Source: Eledone cirrhosa (lineage: Eukaryota). From it: a stretch of DNA of 64,000 bases. How positions within the stretch are numbered: position 1 is the stretch's first letter; each line of letters begins with the position of its first letter. A program made the position numbers and the translations under genes. The stretch is taken from assembly GCA_964016885.1 (NCBI GenBank), contig OZ024740.1, forward strand, positions 59,706,001 to 59,770,000. Reading direction: 5' to 3'. The notes under the pieces were generated by a model. The model was not told the DNA's origin. It made no database searches and worked only from the letters and a program-made list of their open reading frames with translations. Positions 63,761-64,000 of this stretch are shown here, in pieces.

Positions 63761-64000
63761 TTAAAGTTAATATTTTGCTTGATTTTCACTAACTTCATTA
63801 TCTACATTAAAAAGGCACCTAAATATCTAGAGTCACACATACAGAAACTTCTGGTAATGACAATATTTTTAAAACTGTTATCATCTTACATATAATGCAC
63901 ACATTTAGAAAATATACCTGAAAACTATGTAATTTTACAGAAATTGCAAGGAAAAAATTGAGGTGGAAGACAGTACACTGTAGTTGTGCACACGCACACA

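Overview
AT-rich, microsatellite-rich eukaryotic DNA. It is most likely an octopus or other cephalopod, inferred only from the SINE/RTE repertoire. I found no credible host exon, rRNA, tRNA or CRISPR array, so this reads as an intergenic or intronic transposon landscape. Retroelements present: R4/Dong-type RLE elements (one long uninterrupted RT-RLE ORF plus fragments), two near-full-length Tx1-clade LINEs, several RTE LINEs with a PHD finger inside the RT region, two kinds of Penelope-like elements (Neptune-like and Naiad-like) with hammerhead ribozymes, and tRNA-derived Nin- and CORE-type SINEs. DNA transposons present: two DD37D (maT) mariner deletion derivatives and piggyBac-like MITEs. 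The most interesting signal is an apparent (TAA)n/(ATT)n microsatellite niche. Both Tx1 LINEs are bounded by (ATT)n at both ends. A Nin-domain SINE shares the Tx1 terminal ~22 nt and the same polarity, making it a candidate Tx1-mobilised SINE. Dong elements occupy the same repeats in the opposite orientation. Other leads are a possible in-frame ORF1-ORF2 splice and a 5' module swap in the Tx1 family, and several hammerheads, including a family-wide CAGAAGA core variant. All family assignments come from motif recognition by eye, not from database searches.
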